DNA of 64,000 bases from Reclinomonas americana ATCC 50394 (taxonomy: Eukaryota): the NCBI GenBank assembly GCA_048213135.1, contig PS015010.1, forward strand, positions 1,178,001 to 1,242,000, in the 5' to 3' direction. The notes under the pieces were generated by a model that ran no database searches, was not told where the DNA came from, and saw only the letters and a list, made by a program, of their open reading frames with translations. Within the stretch, counting starts at the first letter, position 1, and each line of letters starts with the position of its first letter. Shown piece by piece: positions 1 through 9,517 of the stretch. The position numbers and the translations under genes were made by a program.

Positions 1-385
1 CAATAATTACCAGTTTACATTATTCAATTATACAGCACCGGTTTACTACCTGCGGTTGAAGTCGGTGGATATGGATGGAAAACCTAAGTACAGTTCTGTT
101 ATCGTTGTGCGAATGAGTGGCAGGTTACAAAAATCGATGGTTGTTTCCCCTAACCCGGTCCAGGATAGAATTTCTGTTCGTATCATTTCTGATGTGGCAG
201 CAGCAGCCGGTGTTCATTTGCTGAATTCAGCCGGGCAGGTGCTGTATCAAACCGAAACACAACTCCTGAAAGGAGAAAATGCGTTGTATCTCAATCCTTC
301 TTTGAAATTGACTAATGGAATTTATATAATCACCGCCGTTGTAGGTGGTGAAAGGCTGACACAAAAAATAATGATCAGCAGATGA
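1..385 (+). CDS. T9SS type A sorting (CTD) domain-containing secreted protein, C-terminal fragment (5' end outside window)
   Basis: Frame is open from base 2 (NNYQFTL...YYLRLKSVDMDG...YS). Ends with the typical CTD pattern VSPNPVQD...GIYII...TQKIMISR. Confidence 0.85.
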   Translation, partial: NNYQFTLFNYTAPVYYLRLKSVDMDGKPKYSSVIVVRMSGRLQKSMVVSPNPVQDRISVRIISDVAAAAGVHLLNSAGQVLYQTETQLLKGENALYLNPSLKLTNGIYIITAVVGGERLTQKIMISR

Positions 386-412
386 TTTTTTAGGGCGTAT
401 AGTTTTACAGTT

Positions 413-436
413 GCCCGGAGCGATCCGGGCTTTTTT
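413..436 (+). terminator. Rho-independent terminator
   Basis: GCCCGGA-GCGA-TCCGGGC hairpin followed by TTTTTT, downstream of the T9SS gene. Confidence 0.85.
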
Positions 437-451
437 ATGCCCAGGCCTTGT

Positions 452-499
452 ATCTTCACATGATCTCATTTCCAAATCAACACATCTTCAAATCATCCA
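452..499 (-). repeat. Degenerate 8-bp tandem array (RATTTGAA/RATGTnnn family)
   Basis: + strand units: atcttcac/atgatctc/atttccaa/atcaacac/atcttcaa/atcatcca. Directly after the stop of the amine oxidase gene. Confidence 0.7.
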
Positions 500-1855
500 T
501 CAAATCTTCCCTGCCGCTTCCTCCCCGGTATTGATAGCTCCTTCCATAAAACCCTGCCAGTCGGCCAGGTGCTCGCCGGCGAAATGGGTGTGCAGGTGCG
601 GTTGCCGCAGGATGGGCCGCAGGCCGAACCATTGCCCCTTTCCATAGATGGCATAAGCGCCGCGGGAATATTCATCGTTGCCCCAGTAATAATTGGTTTG
701 TTTGTCGATCATGCCTTTGATGTCACCAAAGTAAGGCGACAGGTTTTGGTGAAGTGTGTCGGCTTTCCATTGCTCAGACTGGTTGGCGATGACGGCGGCT
801 TTGTCACCAATGGAATACGAGATCAGCACTCCTTTTTGCGATGCCTGGTTCTTGGTGGCGTGATAAAAATAATGCGAAGGCCCGTCGGTGATCATGTCGA
901 AACTTTCCTCCTTCCAGAAACGGGTATTGAACTGAACGGGATTTTTATTGATACGTGCATATTGCAGCTGGTCCAGTGCATTGCGCATGGGTAAAGGCAG
1001 CGCCGGTTCCCATTGCATATTCTTCACCGCAAAAGTGGGTGCAGTGCAGATGAGTTTGTCTGCCTCAAATTTTTCACCATTCTCACAGTATACAGTAACG
1101 CCTTTCTGCTGAACAATACGTTTTACTTTATAGCCGGTCCTGATGTGTTCGGCGCCGATCTTTTCCGCCAGCCGTTTGGCAAGCATGCTGTTGCCCCCTT
1201 TTATTTTGAAATCCATCTCATTCTTCGGACTACTTTCTGCGTATTCGGCGAGTGCGCCAAAGGCGGAAACGGAACGGATGGTTTCGCCAAAATCGGTACT
1301 GTCGGCCAGCTCGCGGATATCGAGATCGCGGCCGCTGCAGCCATTGTTGACGAGGTAACGCCACCAGTCGATCTTATCCAGTTTGCGTTTATCCAATTCC
1401 GTAAGCTGGCCGTATCCTTTGATGATCTCTTCAAATTTGGTTTTCCATTCGGGAGAATAGTCCCATTCACCGTTGCGGGCATATTTTCCCTGGTAAATAA
1501 GATGGGTATCGAACTGGTTGTTCTCCATTTCAAGTTCCATCTCCTGTATCAGCTCTTTGAGGCGGGTGTGAGACGCTCCTACCCATTCGGCACCCAGTTC
1601 AATAACGAGTTTGTCGGCATCGTCCATTTGGTGAGAAAATACACGGCCACCAACGCGGTTGCGGGCTTCGAGTATCACGAAATCTATTTTTCGTTTGCTC
1701 AGCTGGTAAGCCGCGGCCAATCCTGCAAAGCCCGCTCCTATAATGATCACTTTTGGTTTTTTGCCAATAAAAAAAGAAGCGGCTGGTGAAGAAGCGAAAA
1801 GCAACCCGGCTCCTGCCAGGGCGGTTTGTTTGAGGAACCCGCGGCGTGTGGTCAT
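500..1855 (-). CDS. Tat-exported flavin monoamine oxidase / L-amino-acid oxidase family protein
   Basis: TRRGFLK Tat motif; GAGFAGLAAA dinucleotide-binding motif; EARNRVGGRV; C-terminal FAGEH...GFMEGAINTG. Confidence 0.85.
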   Translation of the reverse strand: MTTRRGFLKQTALAGAGLLFASSPAASFFIGKKPKVIIIGAGFAGLAAAYQLSKRKIDFVILEARNRVGGRVFSHQMDDADKLVIELGAEWVGASHTRLKELIQEMELEMENNQFDTHLIYQGKYARNGEWDYSPEWKTKFEEIIKGYGQLTELDKRKLDKIDWWRYLVNNGCSGRDLDIRELADSTDFGETIRSVSAFGALAEYAESSPKNEMDFKIKGGNSMLAKRLAEKIGAEHIRTGYKVKRIVQQKGVTVYCENGEKFEADKLICTAPTFAVKNMQWEPALPLPMRNALDQLQYARINKNPVQFNTRFWKEESFDMITDGPSHYFYHATKNQASQKGVLISYSIGDKAAVIANQSEQWKADTLHQNLSPYFGDIKGMIDKQTNYYWGNDEYSRGAYAIYGKGQWFGLRPILRQPHLHTHFAGEHLADWQGFMEGAINTGEEAAGKI

Positions 1856-2002
1856 GCAGTTGGTTTTTTGGAAAAGTAGGTATTTTATGGAAAGTGTGCA
1901 ATACCTTTTTGTGGTAAAAGGCCTTTCTCTTTACCGGGATAAAATACCCTGCGGCGGGTATGGGCCGCCTTTTACCGTTACGGTATTTTTAAATAAAAAC
2001 CC

Positions 2003-2836
2003 ATGAACCGTCGCCACTTCATTCAATCCGGCAGCCTGGCACTGGCTGCTGTCGCTGGTTTGCCCCATGCGGTAAAAAGCATGCCGCCATCTCCGTCATT
2101 CGACAGAACCGCCTACCGCACTACGCCTGATCCTTATAAAAAAGGACAATGGTTGTACGAGATGCTGATCGATCATAACGGGTTCCAGAATTTTGCCAGG
2201 GCACCGGATACAGACAAGGTGATCATCCTGAAAGCCGCTTATTGCGAAACCACGGATTTTTACAATCCCACGTCCAAAGCGGAATTCAAATACAAAATAA
2301 AATCGGCGGAGAAGGAAACCAGTGATGGGCAAAACTGGATCATCAATACCAAATTCGATAACAAAATATCCGGCGATCTTAAACTGCCGAAAGATTTTCC
2401 TAAAAATCCAAAGCTCCGTTGCCTGCCTTATGGCAACATAGATATCCTGGGCAAGGAAGGCAATGCCTGGCTGACGCTGAATTATCCTGCGGCCACTTCC
2501 TCATCGGGCAGCAGTAATGGTTGTTTCCTTACTACGGCCTGTGTGCAGCATAAGGGGTTGCCCGATAATTGTGACGAACTGGATACCCTGCGTTTGCTGC
2601 GTGATCGCCATATGCTGTCAACTGCGGAAGGAAGAGCACTCGTAAAAACTTATATCGCCCATGCGCCGCAACTGGTACAAACCATCGACGGGTATGATAA
2701 TAAAAAGGAGATATACACTTATATGTACGAGCACATGATATTGCCGTCGGTTCAGCTGGTAAAAGAAAATCGTTTTGAAGAAGCCGTTGAATTATACAGC
2801 CGGTTCACGTCAGCCTTGTATGAAAAGTACAATTAA
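2003..2836 (+). CDS. Tat-signal protein with C-terminal CFI-box-CTERM-like domain
   Basis: NRRHFI Tat motif; Ser-rich linker, then CFLTTAC...NCDELDTLRLLRD...GRALVKTY...AP. Confidence 0.7.
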   Translation: MNRRHFIQSGSLALAAVAGLPHAVKSMPPSPSFDRTAYRTTPDPYKKGQWLYEMLIDHNGFQNFARAPDTDKVIILKAAYCETTDFYNPTSKAEFKYKIKSAEKETSDGQNWIINTKFDNKISGDLKLPKDFPKNPKLRCLPYGNIDILGKEGNAWLTLNYPAATSSSGSSNGCFLTTACVQHKGLPDNCDELDTLRLLRDRHMLSTAEGRALVKTYIAHAPQLVQTIDGYDNKKEIYTYMYEHMILPSVQLVKENRFEEAVELYSRFTSALYEKYN

Positions 2837-3886
2837 TCAGGCGGATTTTATACGGGGGTCAACAATACGGTAGAGTACATCGGCCATCATATTGACCAGG
2901 ATAAAGATGCAGGCACTGATGAGTACGGAGCCCATCACCACCGGGTAGTCGAGTTTTTCCAGTGCATCAACAGTCACCTTGCCAATGCCTTTCCACCCGA
3001 AAATATACTCTACAAAAAAAGCGCCTGCCAGCAGTTCGGCAAACCAGCCGGTAATGGCGGTGATAACGGGGTTGAGTGCGTTGCGCAGGGCATGACGGAA
3101 GATGATCCTTCGCCGGGGCAAACCCTTGGCATAAGCGGTACGAATATAATCCTGCCCCAGTACGTCGAGCATAGAACTGCGGGTAAGCTGTGTAATGATG
3201 GCGAGAGGCCGTATGCCCAGTGTGAAAGCCGGCAGTATAAGGTTCTTTAAACTGAGGTACCGCTTCCCTGTCACTTCATCAATACCCATCCAGCTGCCGG
3301 TAAGGTTGAGGCCGGTATAGGCATGCAGCACCACCCCAAATAAAAACGCCACAATAATCGCCATGAAAAATGAAGGTGCCGATATGCCGGCAATACTGCT
3401 AAATACGGCGGAACTGTCGAGCCAGGTGCCTTTCTTCACGGCGGCCAGTACACCCAGGGATATGCCCACAATGGTGGCAAAAAGCATAGCTGCCAATGCC
3501 AGGATGAGGGTGCCGGGCAGGGCTTCCAGCAATACGGTCCCCACTTCTTTTTTTGTCTGGTAACTGCGGCGCAGGTAAGGTACTTTAATACCCACTTTGG
3601 TATTGCTGCCGATGAACCATCCTTTCAGTTGCTTCTTCTCTATTTCTTCCTTACTGTGTATGCAAATGGGTGATACGTCGTTGAGGTAAAGTACGAACTG
3701 TTTCCATTTGGGCTGATCGAGGTACAATTCCTTCCGGATATTGTCCATTGTTTTTTTATCTCCCGTTTGTCCTACGATCATGCGTGCAGGATCACCAAAT
3801 CCCTGGAACATGATGAATACAAGTACCACCACGCCCAGGAGGACCAATATCCCGTAGACAATTTTTTTAAGGAAGAACTTTATCAA
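2837..3886 (-). CDS. Peptide/nickel ABC transporter permease (DppB/OppB family)
   Basis: GDPA N-terminal motif; EAA loop region DYIRTAYAKGL...RHALRNALNP; VEYIFGWKGIG. Confidence 0.9.
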   Translation of the reverse strand: MIKFFLKKIVYGILVLLGVVVLVFIMFQGFGDPARMIVGQTGDKKTMDNIRKELYLDQPKWKQFVLYLNDVSPICIHSKEEIEKKQLKGWFIGSNTKVGIKVPYLRRSYQTKKEVGTVLLEALPGTLILALAAMLFATIVGISLGVLAAVKKGTWLDSSAVFSSIAGISAPSFFMAIIVAFLFGVVLHAYTGLNLTGSWMGIDEVTGKRYLSLKNLILPAFTLGIRPLAIITQLTRSSMLDVLGQDYIRTAYAKGLPRRRIIFRHALRNALNPVITAITGWFAELLAGAFFVEYIFGWKGIGKVTVDALEKLDYPVVMGSVLISACIFILVNMMADVLYRIVDPRIKSA

Positions 3887-3924
3887 TTTGAAAATTTATC
3901 GATTTGAAGATGTAACGATGAAGT
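3885..3924 (+). repeat. Degenerate 8-bp tandem array (RATTTGAA/RATGTnnn family)
   Basis: aatttgaa/aatttatc/gatttgaa/gatgtaac/gatgaagt, abutting the start of the minus-strand permease. Confidence 0.65.
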
Positions 3925-3963
3925 CGTCTGCAATTCAATAGCTTTCTTCTATATGGTCTGCCT

Positions 3964-5097
3964 TTATTTGAATGAAGCCGCAATATCTTTTCCTCCCCAT
4001 TTCTTTTGTACTACAGGGCCTTTCATAAGGTAGAGGGTAACATCATTTCGGGCAGCGGTTTTAATGGCAGTCATATCGCAGGTGAAGATGGCTGGTTTGA
4101 ATCCGTCTTCTGCCAGTTTATAACTGTTTCCCAATATATCCAGTGCCGCCGTCCTGTTGGATGTAATGGCGTACACCGGTATTTTCGCGGTGCGGGCACT
4201 TTGGTAAATGTGCTCAATCTCCTCCACATCCGTTTTTCCCAGTACCGGGTTTTTCAGGAACAGCAAATAGTAGTTGCCGGGTTGTGACAGTACAGCTTCT
4301 GTTGTATCTGCACCTTCGGCAGTCTTAAAATTAAAGTCGTTGATAAGGGGCACATTGTTACGCCCTTTTTGTACCAGCACTTCTTTACGTTCCACGAATG
4401 TCCAGGTGCTGTCGGGTATGGCGTCTACTTTAAAGTCCTGTTTCTTCCCTCCTTTTTCATAGACAAACGTATAATCGAATTTATCCTGTACGGCGTCTTT
4501 TGGCATTTTGCGCAGTTCGATGATATTGTTGCCCACTTTATAAGGCAGGCAATCTTTTACCGGCAAATGGCCGAGTACATACCATTGTAAAAAAGAAACG
4601 CCCAGCAAACTGAGCAACAGTAAAGCCCAGGTTACCGTCGCGGAAAATAAGGGTTTAATGTGCTGCCTGCCGAAAAGTATCACCAGCACTAATACAAGAA
4701 GTATAATGTCTTTGGTGAACGTTTGTATGGGTGTAAGCGGTATACAATCACCGAAACAGCCGCAGGCCCTGATCTTACCGCTGAACAGCACATAGCTGGT
4801 GAGGAAAGTAAAGAACAGCATCAGCAGTAACAGCAGCCAGGAAACGATTTTGATATGGCGGCCCAGCAGCAAAGCAACGCCCAGTATTACTTCCAGGGCA
4901 ATCATCAGCACAGAGAACAGCAGGGCGTGCTGGTAAAGCCAGTCCATGCCGCTCTTCCAGTACCCGTCGCGGGCCCACACTTCAAAAAACTCCTGCATTT
5001 TGTAGGCCAGCCCCAGCGGGTCAATGGCTTTCACCAGGCCGGAAAAGATGAAGAGGGCGCCTACCAGTATTCTTGCTGCATTAACGATTGCTTTCAT
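3964..5097 (-). CDS. DoxX/MauE-family membrane protein with C-terminal thioredoxin-like domain (BT_3928 family)
   Basis: RILVGALFIFSGLVKAIDPLG; CGCFGD motif; PYKVGNNI; IKTAAR...VVQKKW. Confidence 0.8.
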   Translation of the reverse strand: MKAIVNAARILVGALFIFSGLVKAIDPLGLAYKMQEFFEVWARDGYWKSGMDWLYQHALLFSVLMIALEVILGVALLLGRHIKIVSWLLLLLMLFFTFLTSYVLFSGKIRACGCFGDCIPLTPIQTFTKDIILLVLVLVILFGRQHIKPLFSATVTWALLLLSLLGVSFLQWYVLGHLPVKDCLPYKVGNNIIELRKMPKDAVQDKFDYTFVYEKGGKKQDFKVDAIPDSTWTFVERKEVLVQKGRNNVPLINDFNFKTAEGADTTEAVLSQPGNYYLLFLKNPVLGKTDVEEIEHIYQSARTAKIPVYAITSNRTAALDILGNSYKLAEDGFKPAIFTCDMTAIKTAARNDVTLYLMKGPVVQKKWGGKDIAASFK

Positions 5098-5125
5098 AAG
5101 TCATTATTTCGTTTGTCCGTAGCTG

Positions 5126-5674
5126 TTATGATGCGTGAATTTTTTCTTCAATGAGTATCAGGGCAAACACGGCATAGTTGATGATGTCGTAAAAATTGGC
5201 GTCGATGCCTTCGCTGATGATGGTTTGTCCTTCATTCGCCAGTATCTGCTTAATGCGGAGGATTTTGGCGAGGATCAGGTCTGCAAAACTCTCCTGGCTC
5301 ATCTCCCGCCAGGCTTCGCCGTAATCATGATTCTTGTCGGTCATCAGCTGTTTGGCGATGGCGGTCTTCTGGTTATACAGTTCGGCTACTTTCTCTGCCG
5401 GAAGATCTTCCACTTCCTCATCGTGTATATCGAGCTGTATAAGGCCTATGATGCCGTAATTGAGTATGCCTTTGAATTCGCTGATGATATCGTCGCCGAT
5501 CTTTTGCGTGCCTTTTTCCTGTATGGTGCGTATGCGCCTGGCTTTGATGTAGATCTGGTCGGCTACGGAAATAATGCGGTATACCCGCCAGGAAGTGCCG
5601 TAGTCCATGGTCTTTTTTATAAACACGTCGCGGCATCCCGCTACTGCTTCATCATATTGCTGATTCGTATCCAT
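5126..5674 (-). CDS. DUF1599 (nucleotide-modification-associated domain) protein with two tandem repeats
   Basis: Internal duplication: KTMDYGTSWR...DQIYIKARRIR...NYG and KNHDYGEAWR...DLILAKILRIK...NYA. Confidence 0.8.
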   Translation of the reverse strand: MDTNQQYDEAVAGCRDVFIKKTMDYGTSWRVYRIISVADQIYIKARRIRTIQEKGTQKIGDDIISEFKGILNYGIIGLIQLDIHDEEVEDLPAEKVAELYNQKTAIAKQLMTDKNHDYGEAWREMSQESFADLILAKILRIKQILANEGQTIISEGIDANFYDIINYAVFALILIEEKIHAS

Positions 5675-5721
5675 TTATAGTAACTTAGTGTTCTGTCTTC
5701 AAAAATAACTCAAAACAACCG

Positions 5722-6558
5722 ATGTACCGCATAAACTGCAAAGGCAAACTCTTCAGCTGGACCGATCCCCTGGTGATGGGTATTATCAATGCCACTCCCG
5801 ATTCATTCGCCGGCGGGCATTTGGAGAAAGGCGTGGATGGCATTGTGCAGATGGCCGGAACGATGATCGCTGAAGGTGCAGATATACTGGATATCGGCGG
5901 GCAAAGCACACGTCCGGGTAGCGTTCGTGTACCGGCAGTGGAAGAAACAGAGCGGGTATTACCCGTGATCACGGCCATTCACCAACAGTGGCCTGAAGTA
6001 CTGCTTTCCATCGACACGTACCATCATGAAGTGGCCCGTGCGGCGGTAAATGCAGGCGCATCAATCGTTAATGATATCAGCAGCGGCGATATGGATGGCC
6101 GCATGCTGGCAACGGTGGCAGCATTGAAAGCTCCTTACATCTGCATGCATATGAAAGGCCGGCCCGATACCATGCAAGCGGATCCGCAATATGGCAATGT
6201 GGTAACTGAAGTGCTGGACTACCTGGTACAAAAAATAGAAGCTTGTCGCAACGCCGGGATTGATGACGTGATCATTGACCCCGGGTTTGGATTCGGTAAA
6301 AACATACAACACAATTTCCGGTTGCTGCATGGCCTGGCCAGCCTGGGTATTACCGGTAAGCCTGTCCTCGCCGGGCTTTCCCGTAAGAGTACCATCTGGA
6401 AAACACTGGGCATCACTCCCGCCGAAGCGCTGAACGGTACAACGGTGCTGAATACCATTGCCCTGCAGCAGGGAGCAGCCATCCTCAGGGTGCATGATGT
6501 AAAAGCAGCTAAAGAAGCCGTCGTTCTTTATACAGCGTATAAAAAAACGCCACGATAA
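5722..6558 (+). CDS. folP: Dihydropteroate synthase
   Basis: MGIINATPDSF, DIGGQSTRPG, IDPGFGFGK, GLSRKS, LRVHDV. Confidence 0.95.
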   Translation: MYRINCKGKLFSWTDPLVMGIINATPDSFAGGHLEKGVDGIVQMAGTMIAEGADILDIGGQSTRPGSVRVPAVEETERVLPVITAIHQQWPEVLLSIDTYHHEVARAAVNAGASIVNDISSGDMDGRMLATVAALKAPYICMHMKGRPDTMQADPQYGNVVTEVLDYLVQKIEACRNAGIDDVIIDPGFGFGKNIQHNFRLLHGLASLGITGKPVLAGLSRKSTIWKTLGITPAEALNGTTVLNTIALQQGAAILRVHDVKAAKEAVVLYTAYKKTPR

Positions 6559-6574
6559 AATCGCGGCGCCTTTT
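6541..6574. terminator. Probable bidirectional terminator between folP and the FKBP gene
   Basis: A7-CGCCACGAT-aaa-ATCGCGGCG-cc-TTTT between convergent genes. Confidence 0.6.
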
Positions 6575-6596
6575 GTATTTGAGTAAGATCGCTTGC

Positions 6597-7649
6597 TTAT
6601 TTTTTAGGAGCGTTGGCTTCCATCGCTTTGCGGATGCTGTCTGCACGCAGGCGCTGCATCTCTTCCATTTTCTTTTGTTCTGCTTCCATCTGGGCCATTT
6701 TCTCGTCTTCAGAGATCACGTTGGTTACGTGAATGTCGAACACCAGGTTATCATTTGGTTTGATCAATGGGGCCCTTCCGTCTTTACCATAAGCCAGTGA
6801 AGAAGGAATATAGAAAACAGCTTTACCGCCATTTTTCAGTTGCTGCAGACCGTCGAACCAGCCCAGCACTACATTAAACTGGCTCATCACCACTTCATAA
6901 GCGGGTTTGCCTACACCGAATTTGGGGTCGGTATTAGAGTCAAATACGATAGCGCTGTCGAGTGTTTTGCCGGTATAGTATACACTGACTACACTGTTTT
7001 GATCGATGGCTGCACCAGTGCCGGGGTCCTGGATAGCTACATAAACACCCCATTTGGTTTTGGTGGCCTTGATGTTATTTTTTGCCAGGTAATCGCTGAT
7101 GATCTTGTCATCAATGGCCAGTTGTGCCTTATTTTTTTCGATGTCTTTTTCAATAGCTTCCAGCTGCTTTTTGTATATCCTTGGCTTTGACAGTTTCAGT
7201 TCGGCTTTTTGTGCGCTGTCTGCCTGTTCTTTGGTAGAGAAAATATTCACCATTTTAACAGTCGTATACAGCACGTCGCCTTTTTTCATAAAAGGAGGCA
7301 TAGGTTGTGTAATGAAAATGCTGTCAACAGAACGCCTGATCACTACGCTGTCGCCTTTGCGCAGCTGGCTGATGATCTTGTAATATTCAGGGGGTGTTGA
7401 AACAGAGTCGAGGACCTGTATAGAGGACATGAAATCGCGGCTGTCGGATAAGGTGGTATCTTTCCTGGCACCTTTCAGACTCAGCGCTATATGCATCTGT
7501 ATGAAGCTGCCATAAGTCACTTTGTTGCCGCTGCCATCAGCTATGATCTTGTACTCGAGGCCTTTGTCGCCTTTTTTAAAGCTGCCACCATTTTTGCAGG
7601 CTGCAAAAGCCACAACGCAGAACAGGGCCAGATACGAAAGTTGTTTCAT
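6597..7649 (-). CDS. FKBP-type peptidyl-prolyl cis-trans isomerase lipoprotein
   Basis: Lipobox AFAAC; FKBP motifs VYYTGK...FDSN, GWFDGL, YIPSSLAYG, NLVFDI; a degenerate N-terminal FKBP-like domain. Confidence 0.9.
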   Translation of the reverse strand: MKQLSYLALFCVVAFAACKNGGSFKKGDKGLEYKIIADGSGNKVTYGSFIQMHIALSLKGARKDTTLSDSRDFMSSIQVLDSVSTPPEYYKIISQLRKGDSVVIRRSVDSIFITQPMPPFMKKGDVLYTTVKMVNIFSTKEQADSAQKAELKLSKPRIYKKQLEAIEKDIEKNKAQLAIDDKIISDYLAKNNIKATKTKWGVYVAIQDPGTGAAIDQNSVVSVYYTGKTLDSAIVFDSNTDPKFGVGKPAYEVVMSQFNVVLGWFDGLQQLKNGGKAVFYIPSSLAYGKDGRAPLIKPNDNLVFDIHVTNVISEDEKMAQMEAEQKKMEEMQRLRADSIRKAMEANAPKK

Positions 7650-7674
7650 TGTATGTTTTTTGTTTTTTATAAAA

Positions 7675-8694
7675 TTAAAATTGATAACTGCTTAAAAGGT
7701 CTTTATTCTCTTTCATGGCGGCTTTGAATTTCGCCACTACTTCTTCCAGCGGTTCTTTATTGAAACCACCGGCTGCATTATAATGCCCGCCTCCATTAAA
7801 GTACTTGCGTGCAAAAGTGTTTACATCGAAACTGCCCTTGCTGCGGAAGGAACTCTTTCTTTCCTCTCCCCTGTCGATGATAATGGCAGCAAGACGAATG
7901 CCTTTGATACTAAGCGGAAAATTAACCAGCCCTTCCGTGTCGCCGGTCTTGATGTCGTAACGGATAAGATCCGTCTGCGGAATAGCGATCAGCGCTGAGT
8001 TGTATTCATAGAATACTTCCATCCTGTTCAGCAGCGTATTGCCGATAAAACGGAAACGGTTCTCAGAAAAATTATCGAACAGGTTCTCATGGATGATGCT
8101 GTGCTGCAATCCTGTCTCTTTCAAACCAGCCACCATGCGGTGAACACTGGCCGTTGTGGACGGAAAGCGGAAAGAGCCCGTGTCGGTCATTACACCTGCA
8201 TACAGGCAGCCGGAGATATCGTTGTTGATCTTTCCCGCATGACCTGATTCGATGATGAAATCGTAGATCATTTCGCAGGTGGAACTTTTTCCCGTATCGC
8301 TGATACCATAAGCGAATACCTCCGTTTGCGGTTCCTGGTGATGATCGATCAGTATCCTTTCGCCTTTGGCCTGTTTCAGTTTATCTTCCATACGCTTGGT
8401 ACGGCTGAGGGTATTGAAGTCGAGACAAAAGATCCAGTCTGCCGCGTCAATTGCCGCATCGGCTTTAACATGCTGCGATTCGTAATCGAGTACCTGTTTG
8501 CTGGCAGGCATCCAATTGAGGAAGCTGGCCCAGTTGGTGGGCGATATGACGGTAACCTGGTGACCGAACTGCAGCAGGAAATGATAAAGACCGAGCGAAG
8601 AGCCCATGGCGTCAGCATCAGGCTTCTGGTGCGTGGTGATCACCACTTTGCGGGGTTGTTCGAGCAGGGGGTATATATGGTATATTGATTGCAT
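7675..8694 (-). CDS. nrnA: DHH family phosphoesterase (oligoribonuclease / pAp phosphatase NrnA-like)
   Basis: [31 protein letters not shown]. Start set at ATG 8694, downstream of a -7 motif. Confidence 0.9.
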   Translation of the reverse strand: MQSIYHIYPLLEQPRKVVITTHQKPDADAMGSSLGLYHFLLQFGHQVTVISPTNWASFLNWMPASKQVLDYESQHVKADAAIDAADWIFCLDFNTLSRTKRMEDKLKQAKGERILIDHHQEPQTEVFAYGISDTGKSSTCEMIYDFIIESGHAGKINNDISGCLYAGVMTDTGSFRFPSTTASVHRMVAGLKETGLQHSIIHENLFDNFSENRFRFIGNTLLNRMEVFYEYNSALIAIPQTDLIRYDIKTGDTEGLVNFPLSIKGIRLAAIIIDRGEERKSSFRSKGSFDVNTFARKYFNGGGHYNAAGGFNKEPLEEVVAKFKAAMKENKDLLSSYQF

Positions 8695-8704
8695 AAAGCG
8701 GCGG

Positions 8705-8712
8705 CAAAAGTA
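8705..8712 (-). promoter_or_regulatory. Bacteroidota -7 promoter element (nrnA)
   Basis: TACTTTTG on the minus strand, 10 nt before the ATG; matches TAnnTTTG. Confidence 0.6.
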
Positions 8713-8820
8713 GGTCAAAGTTTCCAGTTTTCGGGCATTCGGGCCGTTGGTCTGTATCTATTAGTTTTGTTAAACCCGCAGAAAACCGCAGCGCAGGCAA
8801 CTTCTGAAAGGAAAAGCTTA

Positions 8821-8828
8821 TATCTTTG
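8821..8828 (+). promoter_or_regulatory. Bacteroidota -7 promoter element (ndk)
   Basis: TATCTTTG 19 nt upstream of the ndk ATG. Confidence 0.6.
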
Positions 8829-8847
8829 CGGCTCAAAAAATCAAATA

Positions 8848-9264
8848 ATGAGCAACAGAACATTTACGATGATCAAGCCCGACGCTACTCAAAAAGGGCA
8901 TACAGGCGCCATTCTGAAGATGATCAATGAAGCGGGATTCCGTATTGTGGCTATGAAAATGACACACCTCAGCGCTGCCAAAGCCGGTGAATTCTATGCC
9001 GTTCACGCAGAACGTCCTTTCTATGGCGAACTGGTGGAATTTATGAGCCGTGGTCCTATTACCGCCGCTATCCTGGAAAAAGACAATGCCGTGGAAGATT
9101 TCCGTAAACTGATCGGCGCTACCAACCCGGCCAATGCCGAAGAAGGTACCATCCGTAAATTATATGCTGCTTCTGTGGGTGAGAACGCCGTTCATGGCAG
9201 CGACAGTGATGAAAACGCCCGTATTGAAGGCGACTTCTTTTTCAGCAAACTGGAACAATTCTAA
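8848..9264 (+). CDS. ndk: Nucleoside diphosphate kinase
   Basis: [27 protein letters not shown], catalytic NAVHGSDS. Start is ATG 8848 rather than the track's 8689. Confidence 0.97.
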   Translation: MSNRTFTMIKPDATQKGHTGAILKMINEAGFRIVAMKMTHLSAAKAGEFYAVHAERPFYGELVEFMSRGPITAAILEKDNAVEDFRKLIGATNPANAEEGTIRKLYAASVGENAVHGSDSDENARIEGDFFFSKLEQF

Positions 9265-9287
9265 ACGCAACTGCTCCAAAATAATAA

Positions 9288-9318
9288 GCCCCCCGGGAAA
9301 CCAGGGGGCATTTTTTTT
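9288..9318 (+). terminator. Rho-independent terminator after ndk
   Basis: GCCCCCcGG-GAAA-CCaGGGGGC followed by a T8 tract. Confidence 0.85.
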
Positions 9319-9478
9319 AAAATCCAAGCACAAACTGGAAAGGTAACGGCCCGGCGGAGTCAAATATTGTGTTTACCTGTTGCTTTCCATATACCGGAAC
9401 CAGGCTAAATAGTTAACTGCCTGTAATTCACCCGATTCGCTTTCCCGGCAGGTCCGTCTTTCTCTGCATTAAATACCC

Positions 9479-9486
9479 TAGATTTG
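9479..9486 (+). promoter_or_regulatory. Bacteroidota -7 promoter element (arginase operon)
   Basis: TAGATTTG about 30 nt upstream of the ATG. Confidence 0.5.
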
Positions 9487-9517
9487 TAAACGCCGGTACT
9501 GCCGGTCAAATTTGCAT

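Noticed and set aside
2837-3886. Orphan ABC permease as an operon remnant
   Set aside because: The ORF is intact, and Bacteroidota commonly scatter peptide-ABC subunits around the chromosome.
8689-8847. N-terminal extension of ndk given by the ORF track (similar extensions for topA 36182, DUF2520 35386, cdd 42928, iscX 33187)
   Set aside because: The extensions run through promoters, terminators or neighbouring genes. Family homology begins at the downstream ATG.
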